A stretch of DNA of 51,508 nt from a candidate division WOR-3 bacterium (GTDB taxonomy: Bacteria > Hydrothermota > UBA3073), in contig JAYENM010000169.1 of NCBI GenBank assembly GCA_034722095.1, forward strand, positions 1 to 51,508, in the 5' to 3' direction. Made by a program: the position numbers and the translations under genes. The notes beneath the pieces are model-generated. The model was given only the letters and a program-made list of their open reading frames with translations. It was not told where the DNA came from and did not search any database. This document shows positions 28,956 to 36,207 of this stretch, in pieces. The number at the start of each line of letters is the position of its first letter. Position 1 is the stretch's first letter.

Positions 28956-29951
28956 TTAACAACCACAGGACTTTCTTACAACTAGTCCTGTCTTAAGTAT
29001 ATTTCTTCTTCTTACATTCCTACCTTCCAGTATCCGTATAACACTCTTTACCGCCGTAGTACCAAGTTCATACATTGGCAGATGAACAGTCGTCAAAGGA
29101 GGAGTGACAAGCCTTGAAAGTTCTATATCGTCAAATCCGACTATCGCTATATCCTTCGGAACAATAAGCTTTCTCTTTTTAACTGCCTCCATAGCACCAA
29201 TGGCCATAGGATCGTTGGCAGCAAACACAGCATCCGGGGGATTAGCAAGATCAAGAAGTATATGCATAGCACTTTCACCCCCTTCCCATCTGAAGTTACC
29301 ATCTACTATATAGCCTGGATTTAGTTTTATGTTATAATCCTTAAGTGCAGATGTGTATCCGGCAAGTCTTTGAGATGCATCATAATTGTCAGAGGGACCC
29401 CCTATAATTGCAATTCTTTTATATCCATGCTTTATAAGATGTATTACCGCCTGATATGCACCCTGAAAGTCATCTATTACTATATAATTACAATTTATAT
29501 ATTTAATTTTTTTACATAATACAATAATAGGAAAACTATTCCACTGAAATTCTGTCAAAAAGTCATCACTGAGGGTAGGATCCATCAGGATTAGACCATC
29601 CACCCTCCTCTCGCTCATAAGTCTAAAGGACAACTCTTCGTCACTTCGATGACTATGAAATGTGGACACAAGGAGATGGAAATTGTTCTTTACAGCCGCT
29701 TCATCGGCACCCTTGATTACCTGAGAAAAGAAACCATCCGCGATTTCAGGAAGTATAAGCCCAATAGTACGGGTCTTGCCAAGAGTTAATCCTCGCGCCA
29801 TGACGTTCGGCACATACTCCAACTCCTTTATCACCTTATCTACTCTCTCCCTTGTGTCTTGTCTTACCCTTGGATACTCATTTATTACACGAGAAACAGT
29901 GGTTACAGATACTCCTGCTTTCTCTGCTACCTCTTTTATCGTTCCAGGCAT
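28956..29951 (-). CDS. LacI-family transcriptional repressor
   Basis: It has the N-terminal HTH IKEVAEKAGVSVTTVSRVINEYPRV followed by a periplasmic-binding-protein-like sugar-binding fold of 331 aa. Confidence 0.9.
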   Translation of the reverse strand: MPGTIKEVAEKAGVSVTTVSRVINEYPRVRQDTRERVDKVIKELEYVPNVMARGLTLGKTRTIGLILPEIADGFFSQVIKGADEAAVKNNFHLLVSTFHSHRSDEELSFRLMSERRVDGLILMDPTLSDDFLTEFQWNSFPIIVLCKKIKYINCNYIVIDDFQGAYQAVIHLIKHGYKRIAIIGGPSDNYDASQRLAGYTSALKDYNIKLNPGYIVDGNFRWEGGESAMHILLDLANPPDAVFAANDPMAIGAMEAVKKRKLIVPKDIAIVGFDDIELSRLVTPPLTTVHLPMYELGTTAVKSVIRILEGRNVRRRNILKTGLVVRKSCGC

Positions 29952-29963
29952 TTTCTCTCCTTA

Positions 29964-29977
29964 TGTAATCGGTTTCA
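29964..29977. promoter_or_regulatory. LacI-type operator O1 (TGTAATCGGTTTCA)
   Basis: It matches the LacI/CcpA-family operator pattern TGNAANCGNTTNCA. It lies 13 nt upstream of the repressor start codon on the minus strand. Confidence 0.6.
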
Positions 29978-30008
29978 TAAAATGCAACGATATCAAAATT
30001 ATATTAGA

Positions 30009-30022
30009 TGAAATCGGTTTCA
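30009..30022. promoter_or_regulatory. LacI-type operator O2 (TGAAATCGGTTTCA)
   Basis: It is a near-perfect palindrome matching TGAAANCGNTTTCA. It sits 5-18 nt downstream of the predicted minus-strand -10 box and so covers the expected TSS. Confidence 0.65.
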
Positions 30023-30026
30023 TCAC

Positions 30027-30055
30027 ATTATAATATAAAAATGGAATTTTGTTAA
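30027..30055 (-). promoter_or_regulatory. sigma70-type promoter of the 11-gene glycan locus (TTAACA-N17-TATAAT on the minus strand)
   Basis: The reverse complement reads TTAACA (30050-30055), a 17-nt spacer, then TATAAT (30027-30032). Confidence 0.5.
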
Positions 30056-30105
30056 GAAAAAAATAATTTTTTTTGGTCTTCAATTATATTTTTATATTTT
30101 TCCCC

Positions 30106-30134
30106 TTGACTTTTAACCTATTTAGTGCTATAAT
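30106..30134 (+). promoter_or_regulatory. sigma70-type promoter of the kinase-EBP gene (TTGACT-N17-TATAAT)
   Basis: TTGACT is at 30106-30111, the spacer is exactly 17 nt, and TATAAT is at 30129-30134. The pattern is the same as at 2633-2661. Confidence 0.55.
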
Positions 30135-30286
30135 GATAGAAGAAGTGTAATTAAATTGTCTCGGTATTCGGTATTATGGTTGGACAATAAAAGAAATCTA
30201 CGGGGAAAGTCGGTTGAAAAGCATTTTTAGAACCGATTAAAGAGTTGGATATATTTTGCAGTAAATGACCAGACAGACAACACTTA

Positions 30287-33200
30287 ATGAGCAATAATCG
30301 TTATAAAATACTTAAGAAAGTCGGTTCAGGTGGAATGGGCATTGTCTACAAAGTTCTCGATACACAAACCAACACACACCTCGCCCTCAAAACTTCCTCC
30401 AGCAAGCATATCAAAAATGAATTTCTGACACTCTCAAAACTTCACCATCCAAATATTGTAAAAGTCTACGACTTCGGAGTTATGGAGTGCAATCCGCCTC
30501 AGGCGGATGTTGTTGCAGATACGACCTTATCACAGCATTCCAAACAATACTTCTTCACTATGGAGTACATTGAGGGTAAAAATTTGTATGACCTGTTTAG
30601 AGATAATCTACCCAAGACCAGAGCTGAGTATCAACTTCTTTACTCCATAATACTCCAGATCTGTGATGCACTCAGGCTCATTCATTTTCACAAACTTATC
30701 CATTGTGATATCAAACCCAGCAATATACTGATACAATTCTCCGAAACTCAGGAACCCAGAACTGTTATAACAGACTTCGGACTTATAGAGAAAGAGGCAG
30801 CCCAAAAACTCAAGGGCACTCTCCAATACATCGCCCCTGAAGTTCTCAAGGGCGAGAAAATCGATCAAGGTGCAGACCTCTTCTCCCTGGGTGTGACCAT
30901 CTATCAGGTACTAACACATCATCTTCCCTTTGCGGGTGGTAATGCTCTCACTCTTATCAAGCAACATACAAAAGATAAAATAAAACCACCAAAGGAATTC
31001 AACCCTGCAGTACCGGGAAGGTTAAACGATTGTACCTTGGATCTTTTGCAACCCAAACCTCGAAGAAAAACTAAGTCCATAGATGAACTTAAAAAATTTA
31101 TCCATCAAATCTCAGGAAAATCTCAGTTAGCCACTGTCTTTACATCCCTACTGATAGGCAGGCAAAAGGAACTTTCCATCCTTAAAACTACCTGGCAGGA
31201 AGTTAAAACTAACAAGGGTAGGGCTATCTTACTATACGGTGAAAATGGAATAGGAAAGACGAGACTCTTGCAGGAGTTTAAGCCCTACGCCCAAACCGAA
31301 GGAGCACTGATAAAGGAATTCGATTCGAGAAGAAACATTCTAAAAACTTTTACTGATATTATTGAGCAAAAACCCCTTGGCGGAAAGGAGCTAAGCCTGT
31401 TTGAGAAAATAACAAACAAACTCCTGAACGAAGCAAAACAATCCCCACTCCTTCTCGTAGTCGAAGACCTTCAGTCCCAGGGAGAGACTGCCCTTAACTT
31501 GATGGAGTATCTTATAAGGTCTATTGGATCTGCTCCAATTCTTTTAATCATCACTTCTTCGGATACAAAACTCATTAGCAAAGATGTGCAATCCATAAAT
31601 TACCTTAACCACATCAATCTTATACCCCTCAACCCACATGATACTACCACACTGGTCAAGTCTATGCTCTTAACAGATAACAAGGTGAAAGACATCGGGA
31701 CTCTAATTCATACCCATACCGAAGGAAATCCCTTCCTCATCACGACATTTACACGAAGCCTGGTAGAAAACAAAATTCTTGAAAGAACCAAAGGAAAGTG
31801 GACTCTATCGGGCGATAAGCTAAAAACCTATCAGGCTCCAAAAGACATCAAAGACTTCATAGCCCCTGCCTTAAGAGGATTAAGTGAGGATGAATTTAAT
31901 CTGTTAAAAATAGGGACTCTCCTCAAAAATTACTTTATCCTTCCTGTTCTAAAGGACATAATCAGCGTAAAAATCCATACTCTCTACAGTCTCCAGAAAA
32001 AAGGCCTTATCATAGAAAAACCTGCTGAAAACTACTCTTTTACCCATCAAATGGTCTCCAATGTGATTGAAAAGAATATACCTGTCAGCGAAAGAGTTTC
32101 ACTTCATAGAAAAATAGCCAGCATACTGGAACATCGGTTTCAGCAAAACCTTGAGAGAATAGCCCCTGACCTCACTTATCACTATTCACAGGCAAATGAA
32201 ACTACCAAAGTATACAAATTTGCTCTCCTGTCTGGAGAAAGGGCAAAAAACACATCGGCAAATACGGAAGCAGCGGAATACTTTGAACTTGCACTATCTC
32301 TTGCCGACAAATTGGGTAGAAAAAGAAAGAAATTCACCCTTTATGAAACCCTCGGTGATCTCTATCGCACTATGAGCAAATATCAGGACGCCCTCATAAA
32401 ATATGAATCCGCTCTTCCTCTTGTAACCGATGATTCCTGTACAAGAATTTACAGAAAAATAGGAATGATATACAGAGACCAGCAAAATTATGACAAGGCA
32501 CTGAATTACTTTCAGAAAGGATTTAAGGTGCCCTCCAAAGATGCATCTCAAAAGGTGCTCCTCCTCAGTGACATTGGATGGGTTCATATGTGCCTCGGAG
32601 ACCTTAACAAATCCCTGTCTTACTCTCAAAAAGCAATCAAAATGGCAGAAGAATACAATGACCAATTTGGCTTGAGTTATACCTATAGCACTCTCGGTAC
32701 ACTCTGCTTCCAGAAAAGCAACTACGAAAAAGCAATGCAATATTACAGAAAAACACTAAAGGTCGCTAAGAAAATTAAGAATCAAGACATCATTGAGTCT
32801 ACCTCATACAACCTTGGACAAATCTCGTGGAAAACAGGAAAACCGAAGGAGGCAGAGAACTTCTACAAAAAGGGCCTAAAAATCCAAGAAAAAAAAGGCA
32901 ATCCTCATATTCTTGCCCGATATTATAACGCCCTTGGAATCCTCGCGCAAGAACAGGGAGATTTTGATAACGCCCTGACACATTATACATCAGCCCTTGA
33001 TATATTCAAAAGAATAGGAAACAAACAAAGAATAGCCACAGTCCACATGGCACTGGGTACTATGTACCAGGAGAGAGGCGACTTAGACAATGCAATTGAT
33101 AACTATAAAGCAGCCCTTTTGATATCTCAGGAGACAAAAGACACGCCTCTAATTGCACGGATATACAATAACCTTGGTAATCTCTACAAGGATACAGGGA

Positions 33201-35365
33201 ATTTAACAAAGGCAATCAAAAACCTTGAAAAAGCCCTCAAAATTGAGAAGCAAGGCTCGGATTGGAGAGATACAGCATCTACCCTGCACAATATAGGAAT
33301 AGTCCGTATGCTCCAGGGCAAGATGGAGGATGCTTCCAAATTCCTTCACCAGAGCTTCCATCTTCACCAGGAACAGAAATCAAAGAAAGGAATGGCAGAG
33401 GTATGTCCAACTTTGGCTGAATATTATTTGCTTACAGGCAACATCACTACTGCCGAAGACTACTGCCTGAAAGGGATTAAACTGTGTGAAGAAATCAATG
33501 ACTACCTATATCTCGGTATTACCCAAAGGGTCCTTGGCACTGTATACTCCCGGAAAGCAGAAATGGATAAGGCGCTCATCTCTTACTCCAAATCCATAGA
33601 GACTCTAAAAAAGTTGAAGACAGAACACGAACTCGCCAAAACCCTCCTTATTGCCGGAGAAGAGGTCTTTTCTAATAGAGGAAAAATAGGTAGAAAATTC
33701 TGGCGAGAAGGGCTTCTTGACCAGACCTTAACAAGACTAAAACAAGCAAAGCAAATATTCAAAAACCTGAATGCAAGTGCAGATTTAAAGAGAGTGAATT
33801 CTCTGATTTCGAAACTTGAAAAATATTCCCCCCTCATCCTTGAACCCATTCCTGGAGAAGACAAAAAACTTAAGACCCTTTACAGAATGAGCCAAATAGT
33901 AAACTCAACAATGGAGATAAATGAGCTGCTTGAAAAAATACTGGACCTCACCATTGAAACTATGGAAGCAGAAAGAGGCTTCATACTACTGAGAGAAGGA
34001 AAAGAACTTATGGTAAAAACCGCCAGAAATATGGATAAACAATCAATTGCTGATATGTCAGACTTTTCAAAAACCATAGTGGAGAATGTAGAAAAGAAAG
34101 GCGAGCTGATAATCACTTCCAATGCCCAGACAGAGCCAAGATTTAAAGATAGGAAGAGTATAGCCAAATTCAAACTCCTTTCAATTCTGTGCGTTCCCTT
34201 TAGAATTAAGGACCATGTCGTTGGTGCCATCTATATTGATGACAGAAGAAAAAGAGATGCCTTTACCTCAGAAGACCTTGCATTCCTTCGAGCCTTTTGT
34301 GATCAGGCTGCCATAGCTCTCGAAAACGCCAAGTTAATAGAAGAACTAAGGACCGCCAACAAACTACTTGAACTCGAAAATATTGATATGCAAGACCAGA
34401 TTACTCATCTAAGAACCGCCGTGGAAGAAAGATATAGCTTTGGTAACCTGATAGGAAAAAGTGAACCAATGCAAAAGGTATACGATGCCCTTGAAAAAAT
34501 CATCAAATATGACTCCTCTGTAATAATTGAGGGTGAAACAGGGACAGGTAAGGAGATTGTTGCCAATATCATCCATTATAACGGACCCAGAAAGGACAGG
34601 AATTTTATCGTTGTAAATTCAAGTGCTATACCAGAGGAACTCCTTGAATCAGAACTATTCGGCTATGTAAAAGGAGCATTCACTGGGGCCACCCACGATA
34701 AGCAGGGACTCTTTGAAATAGCAGACGGTGGAACTATCTTCTTCGACGAAATTGCAGAATTAAACCCAAATCTCCAAGTCAAACTACTAAGGGTTCTTCA
34801 GGATGGTGAACTGCGAAGGGTTGGAGCCACAAAAAGTAAAAAGGTTGATGTAAGAGTGATAGCAGCAACCAACAGAGACTTACAAAGGCAAGTAAAACAG
34901 GGAAAATTCAGAGACGACCTCTACTACAGGTTAAATGTAGTGTCAATCAAGATGCCCCCTCTAAGAGAAAGAAAAGAAGATATCCCAGTTCTTGCAGCTT
35001 ATATCCTTCGCAAATTCAGAAAGAAACTCCACAAGAATGTAACCGGGTTTACACCAGAAGCCCTTTATCTCCTTCAGAACTACCAATGGCCAGGTAATGT
35101 AAGAGAACTCGAGAATGTCATAGAAAGGGCTATTGTTATGGCAGAAGGTAAAAAAATCACCGAGAAAGATTTGCCAAAATCATTAACTCAAGGAGAACCT
35201 GGCGAAGAAAAAGAAACCACCCTTCTCTGTTCCCTTGTCGATATAGAAAAGAGATGTATCAAGACAGCTCTTAAAGCCTCAGGAGGTAACAAGAGAGAGG
35301 CAGTAAAGTTACTTGGTATATCAAGACCAACCCTCGATAGAAAGATGAAAAGATACGGTTTATGA
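30287..35365 (+). CDS. 1692-aa fusion: Ser/Thr protein kinase + STAND/AAA_16 P-loop NTPase + long TPR array + GAF + sigma54-interaction AAA+ domain + Fis-type HTH (bacterial enhancer-binding protein)
   Basis: Kinase motifs are GSGGMGIVYKV, LALKT, HCDIKPSNIL (30701-30724), ITDFG and YIAPEVL. The P-loop is LLYGENGIGKTRLL (Walker A at 31238-31261). TPR_12-like repeats span roughly 32.2-33.7 kb (for example YNNLGNLYKDTGNLTKAIKNLEKALKI). GAF covers about 33.9-34.3 kb. The EBP core has GETGTGKE (34532-34555), ESELFG and an intact GAFTGA (34673-34690). The C-terminal HTH is REAVKLLGISRPTLDRKMKRYGL. Confidence 0.85.
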   Translation: MSNNRYKILKKVGSGGMGIVYKVLDTQTNTHLALKTSSSKHIKNEFLTLSKLHHPNIVKVYDFGVMECNPPQADVVADTTLSQHSKQYFFTMEYIEGKNLYDLFRDNLPKTRAEYQLLYSIILQICDALRLIHFHKLIHCDIKPSNILIQFSETQEPRTVITDFGLIEKEAAQKLKGTLQYIAPEVLKGEKIDQGADLFSLGVTIYQVLTHHLPFAGGNALTLIKQHTKDKIKPPKEFNPAVPGRLNDCTLDLLQPKPRRKTKSIDELKKFIHQISGKSQLATVFTSLLIGRQKELSILKTTWQEVKTNKGRAILLYGENGIGKTRLLQEFKPYAQTEGALIKEFDSRRNILKTFTDIIEQKPLGGKELSLFEKITNKLLNEAKQSPLLLVVEDLQSQGETALNLMEYLIRSIGSAPILLIITSSDTKLISKDVQSINYLNHINLIPLNPHDTTTLVKSMLLTDNKVKDIGTLIHTHTEGNPFLITTFTRSLVENKILERTKGKWTLSGDKLKTYQAPKDIKDFIAPALRGLSEDEFNLLKIGTLLKNYFILPVLKDIISVKIHTLYSLQKKGLIIEKPAENYSFTHQMVSNVIEKNIPVSERVSLHRKIASILEHRFQQNLERIAPDLTYHYSQANETTKVYKFALLSGERAKNTSANTEAAEYFELALSLADKLGRKRKKFTLYETLGDLYRTMSKYQDALIKYESALPLVTDDSCTRIYRKIGMIYRDQQNYDKALNYFQKGFKVPSKDASQKVLLLSDIGWVHMCLGDLNKSLSYSQKAIKMAEEYNDQFGLSYTYSTLGTLCFQKSNYEKAMQYYRKTLKVAKKIKNQDIIESTSYNLGQISWKTGKPKEAENFYKKGLKIQEKKGNPHILARYYNALGILAQEQGDFDNALTHYTSALDIFKRIGNKQRIATVHMALGTMYQERGDLDNAIDNYKAALLISQETKDTPLIARIYNNLGNLYKDTGNLTKAIKNLEKALKIEKQGSDWRDTASTLHNIGIVRMLQGKMEDASKFLHQSFHLHQEQKSKKGMAEVCPTLAEYYLLTGNITTAEDYCLKGIKLCEEINDYLYLGITQRVLGTVYSRKAEMDKALISYSKSIETLKKLKTEHELAKTLLIAGEEVFSNRGKIGRKFWREGLLDQTLTRLKQAKQIFKNLNASADLKRVNSLISKLEKYSPLILEPIPGEDKKLKTLYRMSQIVNSTMEINELLEKILDLTIETMEAERGFILLREGKELMVKTARNMDKQSIADMSDFSKTIVENVEKKGELIITSNAQTEPRFKDRKSIAKFKLLSILCVPFRIKDHVVGAIYIDDRRKRDAFTSEDLAFLRAFCDQAAIALENAKLIEELRTANKLLELENIDMQDQITHLRTAVEERYSFGNLIGKSEPMQKVYDALEKIIKYDSSVIIEGETGTGKEIVANIIHYNGPRKDRNFIVVNSSAIPEELLESELFGYVKGAFTGATHDKQGLFEIADGGTIFFDEIAELNPNLQVKLLRVLQDGELRRVGATKSKKVDVRVIAATNRDLQRQVKQGKFRDDLYYRLNVVSIKMPPLRERKEDIPVLAAYILRKFRKKLHKNVTGFTPEALYLLQNYQWPGNVRELENVIERAIVMAEGKKITEKDLPKSLTQGEPGEEKETTLLCSLVDIEKRCIKTALKASGGNKREAVKLLGISRPTLDRKMKRYGL

Positions 35366-35370
35366 TAAAG

Positions 35371-35387
35371 TGTAACGTTTTGTTACA
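35371..35387. promoter_or_regulatory. candidate enhancer (UAS) palindrome A: TGTAAC-gtttt-GTTACA
   Basis: The extended perfect 9-bp arms are AAGTGTAAC/GTTACACTT (35368-35390), 3 nt after the EBP stop codon. It could double as a weak terminator hairpin because TTTTT follows. Confidence 0.55.
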
Positions 35388-35490
35388 CTTTTTAGAGAGT
35401 TAAGACTAATCCTCCCTTCAGGGAAATTTCTCCCAACTCCTTAAAAAGGCATAACTTGTGAAAATTCGACAAAACTGACGACAAGAGAAA

Positions 35491-35507
35491 TGTAACAAAA
35501 TGTTACA
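35491..35507. promoter_or_regulatory. candidate enhancer (UAS) palindrome B: TGTAAC-aaaat-GTTACA
   Basis: It belongs to a 32-nt unit (GAAATGTAACAAAATGTTACACTTTTTTGAT) that is repeated in tandem. Confidence 0.6.
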
Positions 35508-35522
35508 CTTTTTTGATGGAAA

Positions 35523-35539
35523 TGTAACAAAATGTTACA
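35523..35539. promoter_or_regulatory. candidate enhancer (UAS) palindrome C: TGTAAC-aaaat-GTTACA
   Basis: It is identical to site B and 32 nt (about 3 helical turns) downstream. It lies 103 nt upstream of the sigma54-type promoter. Confidence 0.6.
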
Positions 35540-35625
35540 CTTTTTTGATAACAAAGAATAACACTCTTCTAAAGGGATTTTGTAAGTCCTTACAAATGCA
35601 GCCATTACGCAAGTTCTCGTTCAAT

Positions 35626-35642
35626 CTGACACGCTTTTTGCT
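35626..35642 (+). promoter_or_regulatory. sigma54-type (-24/-12) promoter, CTGACACGCTTTTTGCT
   Basis: It matches TGGCACG-N4-TTGCW at every conserved position and in spacing, except that the second G of the -24 GG is A. The identical 17-mer recurs at 42311-42327. It lies the right distance downstream of palindromes next to an EBP gene. Confidence 0.55.
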
Positions 35643-35684
35643 CCTTATAAATAATGAGTAAATAAACTAAAGGAGGTGAGTAGA

Positions 35685-35834
35685 ATGAGTAAATTTCTAA
35701 AAAAGTTGTGCTTGATGGCAATAGCACTCATCCTTGTCCTATTAACAGCCACTATGGCATTTGGAGGTAACATCCACCCACCAATTGACCCTCGACCACC
35801 CACAGTTTATGGTATTGGCGGTAGTGGCAGATAA
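35685..35834 (+). CDS. 49-aa secreted pre-peptide (not in the ORF track): MSKFLKKLCLMAIALILVLLTATMAFGGNIHPPIDPRPPTVYGIGGSGR
   Basis: I translated it by hand. A consensus SD AGGAGGTG (35671-35678) lies 6 nt before the ATG. The peptide has a Lys-rich n-region, a 15-residue hydrophobic core and an A-x-A-like TMA|FG site, then a Pro/Gly-rich tail of about 23 residues. TAA is at 35832-35834 and a strong hairpin follows immediately. Confidence 0.65.
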   Translation: MSKFLKKLCLMAIALILVLLTATMAFGGNIHPPIDPRPPTVYGIGGSGR

Positions 35835-35839
35835 ATCAT

Positions 35840-35875
35840 AAGGGAGGGTGCAGAACCCCTTCTTTACCCTCCCTT
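35840..35875 (+). terminator. intrinsic-terminator-like hairpin after the peptide gene
   Basis: The perfect 10-bp stem AAGGGAGGGT (35840-35849) pairs with ACCCTCCCTT (35866-35875) around a 16-nt loop. TGTATCTTT follows, which is a modest T-tract. Confidence 0.55.
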
Positions 35876-36207
35876 TGTATCTTTGCGTTATACGACACAG
35901 ACAGGCAATTTTTGACAGTTAAGCCAGTGCTATCTTGGGGTATATACGATTTGCCCGATTCATATTTGAAATTGTCTTTTGTGGTCAAAGTGATATTTTT
36001 TATCATTTGTGGTAGTGTCAAATAGAATATGAAAGAATATGACAAACCACAGTCATACGACCCGTCCTTACGGATCCGTATGGATATGGGAGGTCACAGA
36101 GTAAATTTAATTCTCTGTGCTCTCCAAAAGAGTTTCCTCTGAAAGATAAAACGGAAAAGATAATTGCCTGTGCTATTGAAGTCCATTCAACTTTAGGTCC
36201 AGGTCTG

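Noticed and set aside
30287-33700. Kinase + STAND NTPase + TPR region as an anti-phage defence (Avs/STAND-like) system.
   Set aside because: There is no nuclease or other effector domain. The protein continues into a complete sigma54 activator with cognate sites downstream, and no neighbouring defence genes are present.
32294-34230. Minus-strand ORFs 32294-32740, 32799-32990, 33583-33864 and 33880-34230 (plus 30608-30868) inside the kinase-EBP gene.
   Set aside because: They are antisense to a continuous ORF with intact TPR, GAF and AAA+ motifs. No SDs are present.
35368-35390. Palindrome A interpreted as only a rho-independent terminator of the EBP gene.
   Set aside because: This cannot be fully excluded, since an AT-rich 9-bp stem is followed by TTTTT. 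However, the same TGTAAC-N5-GTTACA core recurs twice where no gene ends, and the equivalent A' site exists at 42056 with no upstream gene. A protein-binding role is therefore favoured.
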